In this document: positions 17,486 to 27,759 of the stretch, piece after piece
Layout of the letters: the number at the start of each line of letters is the position of its first letter
Position numbering within the stretch: the first letter of the stretch is position 1
Origin: an archaeon
GTDB taxonomy: Archaea; Nanobdellota; Nanobdellia; Woesearchaeales; GW2011-AR9
Reading direction: 5' to 3'
DNA: 64,000 nt
Assembly: GCA_018670085.1 (NCBI GenBank)
Contig: JABHRS010000036.1
Coordinates: forward strand, 682-64,681
Notes under the pieces: generated by a model
The model's input: the letters and a program-made list of their open reading frames with translations, nothing else
What the model was told of the DNA's origin: nothing
Database searches by the model: none
Translations under genes and position numbers: made by a program

Positions 17486-18697
17486 TTATTTACCTTTTCC
17501 AACTAATTCTATTGTAGCAGGATAAGCAAAATATTTTTTAACTACTCGTTTAATATCAGCAGCACTAACTGCTTTAATATTTCTGATATATTTCTTAAAC
17601 AATTTTTCATCTCCAATATCGTACCAAAATAATAACTGTTCTGCTTGTTTTTGAACATCTTCTACATCCATGAGGTAGTCTCCTTCTAAGAATGTTTTAG
17701 CATCTTTTATTTCAGTTAGAGAACATGTTTCTAATTTTTTAAGTTCTAAAGAAACAACTTTTCTCACTTCAGCTGCGTGTTTTTTACTGCAACTAGCATA
17801 AACTACGAAGTATCCAAAATCCAAGTCAGACCCATATTCAACTGCCACATCGTAGACTAGTCCTCGTTTGCCACGTAATTCATGAAACAAATTACCGCTT
17901 TGCCCTTTACCTAAAATTGCTTGAATCACATCCAATGCGTAACTATCCTTTGACCCTCTTTTTGCTGCAACGAATCCAATTAACATGTAATTATTTTCAT
18001 ATGGCTTGGTCATTTTCTTTTTCAAAGTCCGTTTTTTAAGAGGTTCATTCACCATTGGGCGTTTGGTTGGCTTTCTAGCTTTCCAATTACCAAATTCTTC
18101 TTTAATCAATTTTTTCCACTGCGGCAAATTTCCTACAATTACAATCACTACATTTTTGGGATGATAGTTCTCTTTGTAGAATTTATAGACATCATCACGT
18201 GAAAGTTTCATCAACTCTTTTTTGATTCCACAGCTAGGATATTTAGCTGCATTTTTAACGAACAGCATTTTTTCTAAGTGTAACCATTGAAAACTTTTAG
18301 GATCATCTTGAAACATATCAATCTCCTTACAAACAACCTCTCTTTCTCGGATGAAGTCTTTTTGTAGCATCAGAGCATTTTGTAGAATATCTCCAATCAC
18401 ATTAATTGCCAGTTTCCCATGTTTTCCAAGCAGTTTGATGTAATAGTTAGTTCTATGATTGCTTGTGTATGCGTTAAACTCTCCTCCTACTCGCTCAATT
18501 GCACGAGCTACATCGTTTCCATTGGGTCTTTTTGGGGTTCCTTCAAACACTAAATGTTCCACCATGTGCGCAATTCCGCGTTGACCATTCTTTTCAGTGT
18601 TACTGCCAACTTTCACCATCGCTTGAATCGCAAGTGCATTGCTAGATGACTGTTTGTAAATTACAGTAAGTCCGTTAGGTAGAACAAGTTTATTCAT
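17486..18697 (-). CDS. M16-family zinc peptidase (pitrilysin-like)
   Basis: The HMVEHLVFEG inverted zinc motif (HxxEH). Start set at MNKLVLPNG because the TATA box TATATAAA (18720-18727) lies 30 nt upstream, inside the ORF-track extension. Confidence 0.85.
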   Translation of the reverse strand: MNKLVLPNGLTVIYKQSSSNALAIQAMVKVGSNTEKNGQRGIAHMVEHLVFEGTPKRPNGNDVARAIERVGGEFNAYTSNHRTNYYIKLLGKHGKLAINVIGDILQNALMLQKDFIREREVVCKEIDMFQDDPKSFQWLHLEKMLFVKNAAKYPSCGIKKELMKLSRDDVYKFYKENYHPKNVVIVIVGNLPQWKKLIKEEFGNWKARKPTKRPMVNEPLKKRTLKKKMTKPYENNYMLIGFVAAKRGSKDSYALDVIQAILGKGQSGNLFHELRGKRGLVYDVAVEYGSDLDFGYFVVYASCSKKHAAEVRKVVSLELKKLETCSLTEIKDAKTFLEGDYLMDVEDVQKQAEQLLFWYDIGDEKLFKKYIRNIKAVSAADIKRVVKKYFAYPATIELVGKGK

Positions 18698-18882
18698 AAT
18701 GTAAATGATTATTTTTGCCTTTATATAGCTGTTGGTGGGCATGTTCTAGAACACAAATTACACTATTTCAAAGTAAAAAATAATCACAGAAAGAGAAATT
18801 ACTTGCGCTCTCGTCTTTGCCTTAGCCCGGCCTTGACCAGCTCCAAAGTATTTTCCCAGAAAATGATAAAGGTAAAAGAAAA

Positions 18883-19902
18883 TCAATGTTCAAAGTTCTC
18901 AGCCATCTTCTCTAATTTTTCTCTATCCTTATCAAACTCAGACAACAACTTAGAAATTGCAGCAGCACATCCATTCTTCAAATCAAGCGGATGTAACTCT
19001 TTCTTTGCAAATGCAGATTCAACTTCCACATAAGTTCCAAAAGATAAATCTCCACCATATTTCTCAGGACGCTCGATCACAAATTTTTCTCCGGCATCTT
19101 CAAGCACAGTAAACACTACATGTTTCAAAAATGCTAAAACTCCATTCCCTTCAACTACTCCTTCAACACAATCTGCTTTACGTAATTTTTTAAGAACCTT
19201 TTTTGATCCATCAAGTAAATCAATCTTGGAGTTAGGGTCTGATGCTGACATTTTCTCTCCAATTAGTCCAGGTAGTAGTGGTGTCATAACTTCAATGCGC
19301 GATTTATACCCAATCTTTGGCAAATATTCACGAGCGTACATGAGTATTTTACGTTGGTCAACTCCACCATATTGGATATCAACATCTAAATATTCTTCAT
19401 CAAGTGCTTGCATTAGTGGGTATACTAAACCTGAAAGTTTTGGGTTATCTCCAAATTTCACAACTTCGGATCCTGCACGTTTAGCATCATGAATTGATGT
19501 CTTAGTACTTAACTTCAACAAGTCTAAGAAGTATTTTGGATCATTTTGGTAACTTGATCCTTTCACAATTTCCAAATTAGAAATATCTGCACCAACAGCT
19601 TTGAACATCATCGGAATAACTTTGTTGTAATATTCATATCTTTTTTCTAAAACATCCCATGGACAATTATCTAGTGCCCCATGTAAGTCAGCGAGCAATA
19701 ATTTAACTTTGAATCCAGCTTTAAGAAAGTCCGCGAGTTTTAAAACCCAAACGAAGTATCCAATGTGTGGCCTGCCAGTAACTGCGGTTCCAAGATATAC
19801 TGATGGTTTTTTTTTATCAGTCAATAATTTTAATAATTCTGCTTCAGTTACAATCTCTTGACAATTTCGTTTGATTAGTGCCAATCTTTCTTTTGGATCC
19901 AT
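18883..19902 (-). CDS. tyrS: Tyrosyl-tRNA synthetase, archaeal type
   Basis: HIGH-type motif (PHIGY), the KMSAS loop, LLADLHGALDN, and about 340 aa. Confidence 0.8.
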   Translation of the reverse strand: MDPKERLALIKRNCQEIVTEAELLKLLTDKKKPSVYLGTAVTGRPHIGYFVWVLKLADFLKAGFKVKLLLADLHGALDNCPWDVLEKRYEYYNKVIPMMFKAVGADISNLEIVKGSSYQNDPKYFLDLLKLSTKTSIHDAKRAGSEVVKFGDNPKLSGLVYPLMQALDEEYLDVDIQYGGVDQRKILMYAREYLPKIGYKSRIEVMTPLLPGLIGEKMSASDPNSKIDLLDGSKKVLKKLRKADCVEGVVEGNGVLAFLKHVVFTVLEDAGEKFVIERPEKYGGDLSFGTYVEVESAFAKKELHPLDLKNGCAAAISKLLSEFDKDREKLEKMAENFEH

Positions 19903-20040
19903 TTTAATCTAATTGAAGCTTCTAATATAAAAAAGTTAACTATCATTTCATATAAAAATCGAAAACATTAATAAACTCAAAACATTTAATTTCTATCACA
20001 AAATAATATTTACAACAAAGAATAAAATATAGGTGATAAT

Positions 20041-20484
20041 ATGGTATTTAGTATGAAAGAATTTTCTTTGATTGCAGTTGCAGTCTTTTTAGTACTTGGT
20101 TTTTCAGGTGCTGGCTCATTTTTAGGAGATGATGACAGTGCAATTGCAGGAGAAGCATTTAGATTTTCTAAAACCAAAACTGCAAAGTTAAATTTGGATG
20201 CTGATGGTGATGGCTTCAATACCTTAAAAGATTGTAACGATAATGATGCATCAATTAACCCAGATACAGAATGGTATGAAGATCAAGATGCTGATGGTTA
20301 CGGAGCTTATGCAACCGTTGTAACTTCTTGTGAACAACCAACTGGTTATGTCCAAGACAGGTGGGATTGTAATGATGACTTATCTTCAGTTAACCCAGGC
20401 TCAGAAGAAGTTTGTGATGGGTATGATACTGATTGTGATGGATATGTAGACGGAGACGCAACTACATTTGAATCTGTTTGTTAA
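20041..20484 (+). CDS. Small secreted protein built from MopE-like putative metal-binding repeats
   Basis: Signal anchor, then DADGDGFNTLKDCNDNDASINP, DQDADGYG, DCNDDLSSVNPGSEEVCDGYDTDCDG. Confidence 0.6.
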   Translation: MVFSMKEFSLIAVAVFLVLGFSGAGSFLGDDDSAIAGEAFRFSKTKTAKLNLDADGDGFNTLKDCNDNDASINPDTEWYEDQDADGYGAYATVVTSCEQPTGYVQDRWDCNDDLSSVNPGSEEVCDGYDTDCDGYVDGDATTFESVC

Positions 20485-20581
20485 CTAACTTAATTTTTTT
20501 TCTTTTTCTTTCTCCAAAATCATCATCATATTGAATTCTACCATACAAAGTTTCTTAAAATACTAACATACAACAAGTTCT

Positions 20582-21655
20582 ATGAAATTAAATCTCTTAC
20601 AATCAAGAATCAAAGAAAAAGAAATTGATTTGCTGTTACTTCTGCATCCAGACCCAAATATAGCTTACTTCTCTCAGGTCGAACCAAGCCATTCTGTTTT
20701 ACAAATTACCAAAGACTCAGCAACTATTCTACTTAGCAAATTAGATGACCTTACACCAAGCCAAGGAATCACGGCCATCCCATACACAAAAAGTTACAAA
20801 GATGATATCAAAGAGCAACTAACAAGTATAGAAGCGCCAAAGATCGCAATCAACTTCTCACAACTAACTGTCAAACAATTCAATACACTAAAAAATGATT
20901 TTCCAACTGCAACTTTCATCGATTTCTCTGAACAACTAAACAATCTTCGGCTCACAAAAACAGAAGCAGAACTTAAAATTATGTTTCAAGCAGCCAACAT
21001 CGCAGATAATGCCTTAAACAATTTCACCAAAGCTTACAAGCAATCTAACGGCCAAGATTTCCCTACCGAACTTTCAGTAGCTTTATTCTTAGAAAAAAAG
21101 ATCAGAGAACAAGGCGCAACACTTTCGTTTCCAACAATTGTTGCCACCAGCCCAAACAGCGCTATTCCTCACCACATAACCAGCACCGACAAATTAGAAC
21201 CAGGCCTGCTCTTAATTGATATGGGTGCAAAAATTAACAATTACTGCTCAGACATGACTAGAATGTTTTCTATCGCAAATCCAACTGAAGAGATGCAAGC
21301 AGACTTTGATTTATTAGACTCAGTGCAACGAAAATGCATTAAGAAAGCAGAGGAACTTATCAAATCAGATCAATCACTAGGGGCGCTAGATGCATTCGCA
21401 AGGGCAGAACTTGGAGAAGAAAAATCCAAATCTTTCATCCATTCTTTGGGTCATGGTATTGGTGTTGAGGTGCATGAAGCGCCAAGAGTATCAAAAGGTT
21501 GCAAGCAAAAAATTCAGAAAAACATGCCATTCACAATTGAACCTGGAATTTACTTCAAAGGCAAGTGGGGCCTCAGAATCGAAGACACTGTAGTTTTTGA
21601 TGGAGAAAAAATCATTAGAATCACCAAGAGTCCAAAGGAACTAATCATCCTGTGA
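20582..21655 (+). CDS. M24B Xaa-Pro peptidase
   Basis: Pita-bread metal ligands are present: DMGAK, HSLGHGIGVEVHE, EPGIY, RIEDTV. Confidence 0.85.
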   Translation: MKLNLLQSRIKEKEIDLLLLLHPDPNIAYFSQVEPSHSVLQITKDSATILLSKLDDLTPSQGITAIPYTKSYKDDIKEQLTSIEAPKIAINFSQLTVKQFNTLKNDFPTATFIDFSEQLNNLRLTKTEAELKIMFQAANIADNALNNFTKAYKQSNGQDFPTELSVALFLEKKIREQGATLSFPTIVATSPNSAIPHHITSTDKLEPGLLLIDMGAKINNYCSDMTRMFSIANPTEEMQADFDLLDSVQRKCIKKAEELIKSDQSLGALDAFARAELGEEKSKSFIHSLGHGIGVEVHEAPRVSKGCKQKIQKNMPFTIEPGIYFKGKWGLRIEDTVVFDGEKIIRITKSPKELIIL

Positions 21656-21689
21656 TCTTCTCATAACCAAATTTTCCAATCAAAAATCA

Positions 21690-22304
21690 TTACATTCCAT
21701 AAGGATACTTCTCATAATCTATTACTTCGCTTTTACGAATCTTAACAAAAGCATCAGCATAAACTCCTAACATTTTCAAGGAATACTCAATTCTTTGTTT
21801 GATATAAAAGTCGCCTTTATTTTCTTCATCAAGTTTGTCATCATTTAACACATCTTTAACACCTGAAACAACTACATGGTCCGGAACGTAACAAATGTGA
21901 TTATTTTTATAAGAACTCATTCTTAGTTCTGCATTTGGATAATGTCCACCTCTACCTGATGAAACTGTTACAATCATTGCTGGTTTATGTCCAACTTCGG
22001 TGTTTCCACAATATAAAAAGAAATTTTTTAATCCCGCTGGTACCATTCCAGCCCACTCTGGTGAGATAACTACAAATGCGTCACAAGATTTTAGTTTAGT
22101 TGAATACGGTTTCCAAAGTTTTGTCAGGTTTCCTTTTGGATCCCATTTTGATTCATCCCAAAGTGGGAGGGGGTTGTCTCGCAAATCAATGATTGTGCTA
22201 GAACTCTTTGAATCTAATTTCTTCAATTCTGCTGCAATATATTTTCCAACCTTTGTAGATTCTGATGCACTTCTGTGAGATCCAATGATTATTCCATATT
22301 TCAT
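21690..22304 (-). CDS. NAD(P)H-dependent FMN reductase (flavodoxin-like fold)
   Basis: MKYGIIIGSHRSASES..., SPEWAGMVPAGLKNF. Confidence 0.7.
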   Translation of the reverse strand: MKYGIIIGSHRSASESTKVGKYIAAELKKLDSKSSSTIIDLRDNPLPLWDESKWDPKGNLTKLWKPYSTKLKSCDAFVVISPEWAGMVPAGLKNFFLYCGNTEVGHKPAMIVTVSSGRGGHYPNAELRMSSYKNNHICYVPDHVVVSGVKDVLNDDKLDEENKGDFYIKQRIEYSLKMLGVYADAFVKIRKSEVIDYEKYPYGM

Positions 22305-22361
22305 AACATAGCTAATATTATCTATGTTTAAATAATTTCTTGAAAATCACCAACAAGCTTT

Positions 22362-22378
22362 AAGAGGGGGCCCCTCTT
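22362..22378. promoter_or_regulatory. Perfect 17-bp GC-rich palindrome abutting the DRG start codon
   Basis: AAGAGGGG-G-CCCCTCTT lies between the TATA box tttaaata (22327-22334) and the TTG start at 22380, in the divergent intergenic region. Confidence 0.4.
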
Positions 22379-22379
22379 T

Positions 22380-23489
22380 TTGCAATTATTAGTGGCAAAC
22401 AACAAAGAGCGAATCAAAGAACTTGAAGCTGAGTTGAAGAAAACCAAATACAACAAAGCAACTCAAGGCCATATTGGTCTAGTGAAAGCTAAGATTGCTG
22501 TATTAAAAGAAAAAGATGCTCAAAGGTCCAGTAAAAAAACTGGTCAGTCAGATCATGGTTATTCGGTGAGAAAATCAGGAGATGCAAGTGTGATTCTTCT
22601 AGGATTTCCAAGTGCAGGTAAGTCCACTCTATTGAACAAATTAACTGGCGCAGAGTCAGAAGTTGGGGCCTATGCTTTTACAACCCTGTCTGTAGTTCCT
22701 GGTGTGATGGAATACAAACAAGCAAAAATTCAAATTTTAGATGTTCCTGGAATTGTAAGTGGTGCTGCAACTGGTAAAGGGCGTGGTAAAGAGGTACTTG
22801 CAGTAATTCGAAACGCAGACTTAGTTCTTCTGGTAGTTGATGTAACTCAGCCAGGTCAATATCATGCGATTCTAAAAGAAGTAAAAGAAACTGGTGTGCG
22901 ATTAAACAAGGAAAAGCCTCAAGTTTGGATTAAAAAAACAGGATATGGTGGAATCAATATTGGAAAGACTGTTGCATTAGATATGGATGACGATACTATG
23001 AAGAAGATTCTAAGGCAGTTTAGAATTAACAATGCTGATGTTCTTATCAGATCTAAAATTGATGTAGATGATTTTATTGATTGTATTGAAGGGCATAAAA
23101 AATATTTGCCAGCAATTCATTGTGTTACTAAATCAGATCTTGCAAGTGCAACAGACCTTAGAAAAATCATGAAAAAGGTGGATGCCCATATTGCAATCTC
23201 CGCACATACTGGAAAGAATATTACTAAACTTCAGGATTTAATTTTCTCCTCTTTAAGATTTATTAGAATTTATATGAAAGAGCCAAGAAAGGAAGCTGAT
23301 ATGGTTGAACCAATGATCATTCAAGCAGGTTCAACTATTGGTGGCGTTTGTATAAAAACTCATAAAGAATTTGTGAAGAAGTTTAAGTTCGCAAGAGTTT
23401 GGGGTCCAAGTGCTAAATTCCCTGGGCAAAAGTTGCATTTGAAACACAAGCTCCTTGATGGAGACATTCTAGAGTTGCATTTAAGATAA
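22380..23489 (+). CDS. DRG/Obg-family GTPase with a TGS domain
   Basis: GFPSAGKSTLLNKLTG (G1), DVPGIV (G3), TKSDL (G4), and a C-terminal TGS-like DGDILELH. It has a non-ATG start: TTG at 22380, or alternatively GTG at 22392. Confidence 0.85.
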   Translation: MQLLVANNKERIKELEAELKKTKYNKATQGHIGLVKAKIAVLKEKDAQRSSKKTGQSDHGYSVRKSGDASVILLGFPSAGKSTLLNKLTGAESEVGAYAFTTLSVVPGVMEYKQAKIQILDVPGIVSGAATGKGRGKEVLAVIRNADLVLLVVDVTQPGQYHAILKEVKETGVRLNKEKPQVWIKKTGYGGINIGKTVALDMDDDTMKKILRQFRINNADVLIRSKIDVDDFIDCIEGHKKYLPAIHCVTKSDLASATDLRKIMKKVDAHIAISAHTGKNITKLQDLIFSSLRFIRIYMKEPRKEADMVEPMIIQAGSTIGGVCIKTHKEFVKKFKFARVWGPSAKFPGQKLHLKHKLLDGDILELHLR

Positions 23490-23650
23490 TATCTGCAGTA
23501 TTCTCATTTTCTAATCAGGCCACCAATCAATTATTCACCTCTTAGTGACAAAAGAACCAAAAGTATTATAAAGTAGAACCCTGAAAATACTAATGAAGTT
23601 GTCTTTTAAACAACATCACAAACATAACTAACAATTAATGGAGATATACA

Positions 23651-24097
23651 ATGATGACTGATGAACAAATTGAAGAACTTCGTCAAAGACGATTACAAAA
23701 GAGAGATCTTGCAACTAGAGTATTAGCGGCAGCTAAACCAGCTGATTTCACAACTGATGGTGATTTTCCAAACTTAATTTATCATCAAGCAGAGGTTCAA
23801 TTAGGTGGAGATACTTATCGAGTAGATATGGGTTGTAGTTCTGGTAATAGTACTCAAGCAAGAGTTTATCACCGGAGCCTTGGTACTGAACATATTGCTG
23901 ATTTCACAGGTAGCAAAAATGTAGCTGATCTTCTTTGGGGTATCCGAATGAGTTCTGAAGATAAACCAGAAGCTTGTGGATTAATTCGCAACAGAGCACA
24001 TATTGGTTTTGATACTATCATCTGGCGAGACACTAGTGTTTATCAAGGTGAAAACGCTCCTTCATTGAAAGAATATCTTGCAAATCATCAGGATTAA
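23651..24097 (+). CDS. Hypothetical protein
   Basis: SD GGAG lies 8 nt upstream. Arg-using, Lys-poor composition unlike its neighbours. No recognisable motif. Confidence 0.5.
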   Translation: MMTDEQIEELRQRRLQKRDLATRVLAAAKPADFTTDGDFPNLIYHQAEVQLGGDTYRVDMGCSSGNSTQARVYHRSLGTEHIADFTGSKNVADLLWGIRMSSEDKPEACGLIRNRAHIGFDTIIWRDTSVYQGENAPSLKEYLANHQD

Positions 24098-24199
24098 TCT
24101 TTCTAATATTTTTTTAATTTTACTTTTTTATTCTCATCACATGTTTATTTTAAATAACTACACAAACCATTAAAAAAACGCCCCCTAACTACAAGTTCT

Positions 24200-26347
24200 A
24201 TGTGTGGAATCACTGCAATCTTCAACTTCAAAGAACCAACAGCAAAGGCTGCGCAAGCTCTCAAAGTTATGCAAAATCGTGGGCAAGATTATTATGGAAT
24301 CTACAATGGAACAACTCTTCAAACCACCAAGGACCTCTCGCAACTTGATACTAAAGACTCAACTAACTTCGCCTTAGGCCACTGCTTGCACGCAATCGTT
24401 GGCACAGTGCCACAGCCACTCATCAACAAAGAACAAAACTCTCAATTAATTGCTAACTGCGAAATTTATAATTGGCAAGAACTGAATAAAAAACATGGAT
24501 TCAACGCAGCCAATGACGCAGAGCTTCTACACTCTTTTCTAGACAAATTCAAAACAAAAAACTTAAATGAACTTGACGGAGTATTCGCTTTCGTTTACAA
24601 ACAAAACAATCAAATCACCATCGCAAGAGACATCTTAGGTATCAAACCAATTCACTACGCAATAAACAGTGAAGGACTCGCAGTCGCATCAGAACAAAAA
24701 GCACTCAAAGAATTAAACTTCATCGACATCCATGAACTTAATCCTAGGATCATTCTAACTTACAACCAAGAAACAAATACGCTCAAAGAAACAAAAAGAC
24801 CATTTTTCAAAATAGAACCTGAACATCAAGAATCAAAAGAAGAGATCCAAACCCAAACTCAATTTCTCCTAGACAATGCCATCAAAAAACGCACAACCAA
24901 CAAAAAAATAGCACTTTTATTTAGCGGTGGAATCGATTCAACTTACATTGCACACGAATTAAAAAGACAAGGTATTGATTTTACTTGTTACACAGCAGCA
25001 ATCAATGATCCTAACTCACCAGTTGAACCTGAAGACTTAGTTTGGGCAAAACGTGTAGCAAAAGAACTTGACTTAAAATTAGTAATCAAACAAATCAACA
25101 TCAACAAGATTCCAGAAATCCTAAACCATTTAGTCCCATTAATCGAAGACAGTAACGTTGTAAAGGTTAGCGTTGCGCTCACATTCTACTTAGCGAGCCA
25201 AGCAGCAAAGGAAGACAACTGTCGAGTAATTTTCAGTGGCCTCGGTTCCGAAGAAATATTCGCAGGATACCAACGTCACAAAGATTCACAAAACATCAAC
25301 AAAGAATGCCTTGCAGGCCTTAGAAAGATTTACGAGCGTGACCTTTACCGTGATGACGTGCTTACAATGGATAACTTGTTGGAACTTAGAATTCCCTTCC
25401 TCGACCACAAACTAGTAAATTATGCGCTCAAAATTCCAGAATTAATGAAGTTAGTAGCTACAGAATCAGAAGAGATTAGAACTAAAGATATTCTAAGACA
25501 AATCGCACTCAAAAAAGGAATTCCAACTGACATTTCCATGCGTAAAAAACGTGCAGCCCAGTACGGCTCCCGTACACAACAAGCGCTAAAGAAACTCAGT
25601 AAAAAGGACAATCACAAATCAATCTCCAATTTCCTTCATCAATTCTACAAAGAAGCCAACCTAAAATTAGGAGTTTTATTCAGTGGCGGAAAAGACAGTA
25701 CAAGGGCAGCAGAAATTATGCACAATCAAAACTACCAACTATCTTGTCTAATTTATCTAAAAAGCAAAAATGATTATAGTTATATGTTTCAAAGCGCAGG
25801 TTCAGAAATCATCGACCTGCAATCAGAAGCGATGCAAATTCCTTTAATCACACAATTAACTGAAGGGAAAAAAGAAACAGAACTTGAAGACCTCAAGGTA
25901 GCGATTCAAACAGCAAAAGATCAACACCAAATCGAAGGTATTGTTTGCGGCGCTTTATTTTCTAACTACCAACGTGACAGAATCGAAAAAATCTGCGAAG
26001 AATTAAACCTTAAAATGTTTGCACCACTTTGGCATAAATCTCAGTTGCAACATATGAATGAAGTCATCAACAGTGGTACTGAAGCAATTATTACAGCAGT
26101 TGCAGCAGATGGATTGAACCAATCTTTTTTAGGCAGAACAATCAACCAGAATCTCTTAACTGAACTTCAACAACTCAATAAAAAAGTAGGGCTTAACATC
26201 GCAGGCGAAGGAGGAGAATTTGAATCTCTAGTTCTAAACTCGCCTCTGTTCCATCAAAGAATCATACTTCAAGAAACCACTAACGAAATGGATTCAGAAT
26301 ATTCAGGCAAACTTCTAATTAAAAAAGCAAAATTAAAAGAAAAGTAA
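24200..26347 (+). CDS. Fusion protein: class II glutamine amidotransferase, asparagine-synthase-type PP-loop domain, and Dph6/MJ0570-type ATP pyrophosphatase (diphthine-ammonia ligase-like)
   Basis: Ntn start MCGI. First PP-loop is LLFSGGIDST; second is VLFSGGKDST. The second domain also has GALFSNYQRDRIEKICEELNLKMFAPLW and GEGGEFESLV, the hallmarks of the Dph6 family. The reading frame is uninterrupted. Confidence 0.8.
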   Translation: MCGITAIFNFKEPTAKAAQALKVMQNRGQDYYGIYNGTTLQTTKDLSQLDTKDSTNFALGHCLHAIVGTVPQPLINKEQNSQLIANCEIYNWQELNKKHGFNAANDAELLHSFLDKFKTKNLNELDGVFAFVYKQNNQITIARDILGIKPIHYAINSEGLAVASEQKALKELNFIDIHELNPRIILTYNQETNTLKETKRPFFKIEPEHQESKEEIQTQTQFLLDNAIKKRTTNKKIALLFSGGIDSTYIAHELKRQGIDFTCYTAAINDPNSPVEPEDLVWAKRVAKELDLKLVIKQININKIPEILNHLVPLIEDSNVVKVSVALTFYLASQAAKEDNCRVIFSGLGSEEIFAGYQRHKDSQNINKECLAGLRKIYERDLYRDDVLTMDNLLELRIPFLDHKLVNYALKIPELMKLVATESEEIRTKDILRQIALKKGIPTDISMRKKRAAQYGSRTQQALKKLSKKDNHKSISNFLHQFYKEANLKLGVLFSGGKDSTRAAEIMHNQNYQLSCLIYLKSKNDYSYMFQSAGSEIIDLQSEAMQIPLITQLTEGKKETELEDLKVAIQTAKDQHQIEGIVCGALFSNYQRDRIEKICEELNLKMFAPLWHKSQLQHMNEVINSGTEAIITAVAADGLNQSFLGRTINQNLLTELQQLNKKVGLNIAGEGGEFESLVLNSPLFHQRIILQETTNEMDSEYSGKLLIKKAKLKEK

Positions 26348-26352
26348 AAAAA

Positions 26353-27759
26353 TTATTGTTGTTCAGCTACTTGTTCTGGTTTCCACTGGTCAAATTTCAC
26401 TCGTAAATTTTCTCCATCGATCTCAGTTTTCAAGTTCATCCCAGCAATCTGTTCATATCTTGAACCCTTTAGTGGCAGATGCACATCTACTCTTCCAAAA
26501 GTACGTCCTGGTTGCAAAGCCCATTGAATACGTTGTTCTCTTTTTGCCGCAACATAATCTGCTGGGGTAATCAAACGGTTATCATCAGCACTAAGCAAAT
26601 CATGTAAGTGCCAAGTCTTTCTAGAATCTTCTTGACCTTCTGCAGCTTCCAGAACTTTTGGTAAAATTTTTACTACCATAGCATATTTATCTTCTAAACT
26701 TTCTCGCACTCTCTCATTATCAGCTAACTTGGCACTTTTACTCAAATCTCCGAACACATGTCTAAACCCTCTCTCAAGGTTAACTGAATGTTTCTCATGT
26801 TCAACTAACTCTTTATTATCATTCAAAAATAACTCCAACATCCTGTCATAACTTTCACGAAGTTCACCTTCAATTCCAGCTGCATTATCTTTCAACCTAT
26901 CAAATGCCTTATTTCTCCAATCTCCTAATACATGTAATTTTTGCCCAAGGTCAGTATAACTTTTCCTAAAATCCACTCCTGTTTCCAGCTTTGTTTTTGT
27001 TTCTTTGTAAGCTGCAATCATTTGCGCCACTCGAAGTGCTTCAGAAGTCCCTTCTGGTTTTATTTGTTGTTTGTTAATTCTACTCAAAGCACCAATTAAT
27101 TCTGGTGTTGCCAATTTGTCGGTACAATAATCAACCCATGCTCCAAAAGTAACACAGTTTCTATTGAATCCTATTCCGGGATATTGGTCGTCTTTTGAAA
27201 TTTCTTCTAAAGTTGCCAAATCTTGGGCTGCTGATTCATATTTATATCGAGTTGTAGTCATAACTCCGCCCGGGATCCCAGCAAAAGAAGTAGAACTACT
27301 CATTCCTCCTTTGTAATGATCAATAGTAGTTGATGGTGCTGATCTCAATTTATTATTAATTTCTGTTTTATTCTGATCTAAAAATCCAACTAACTTCTCT
27401 TTAATCTCTTTTTGATCACCAAGTCCAAAAACAAAGCTCAATTGGTCATTAATTTCTTTTTCCCACACACTTCTTTCAAAATCAATTTCAAACATTATTT
27501 TGTAGGTATGCTCACTACGTACTAATCCGCGTGCGCTAACAGCTTGCAATTTATCAAATGATTTCTGAACATCTGCTCTATACTCAGACAAATATCTCAC
27601 TCTAGCATCTCTATTTACAATCGCATCTTGTGTCTCCAAAACACCTTGATAAAAGCCAGCTAAATCATCAAGGATTCCAGTCAATCCAACTGCATCAGAA
27701 GATCCAATTGCACTCATAATCTCCGCTGTCGGAGTAGAAAATTCATCATATAATACCAT
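26353..27759 (-). CDS. Hypothetical 468-aa soluble protein
   Basis: Long ORF with no TM segment and no recognisable motif. Arg/Asp/Glu-rich. Confidence 0.55.
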   Translation of the reverse strand: MVLYDEFSTPTAEIMSAIGSSDAVGLTGILDDLAGFYQGVLETQDAIVNRDARVRYLSEYRADVQKSFDKLQAVSARGLVRSEHTYKIMFEIDFERSVWEKEINDQLSFVFGLGDQKEIKEKLVGFLDQNKTEINNKLRSAPSTTIDHYKGGMSSSTSFAGIPGGVMTTTRYKYESAAQDLATLEEISKDDQYPGIGFNRNCVTFGAWVDYCTDKLATPELIGALSRINKQQIKPEGTSEALRVAQMIAAYKETKTKLETGVDFRKSYTDLGQKLHVLGDWRNKAFDRLKDNAAGIEGELRESYDRMLELFLNDNKELVEHEKHSVNLERGFRHVFGDLSKSAKLADNERVRESLEDKYAMVVKILPKVLEAAEGQEDSRKTWHLHDLLSADDNRLITPADYVAAKREQRIQWALQPGRTFGRVDVHLPLKGSRYEQIAGMNLKTEIDGENLRVKFDQWKPEQVAEQQ

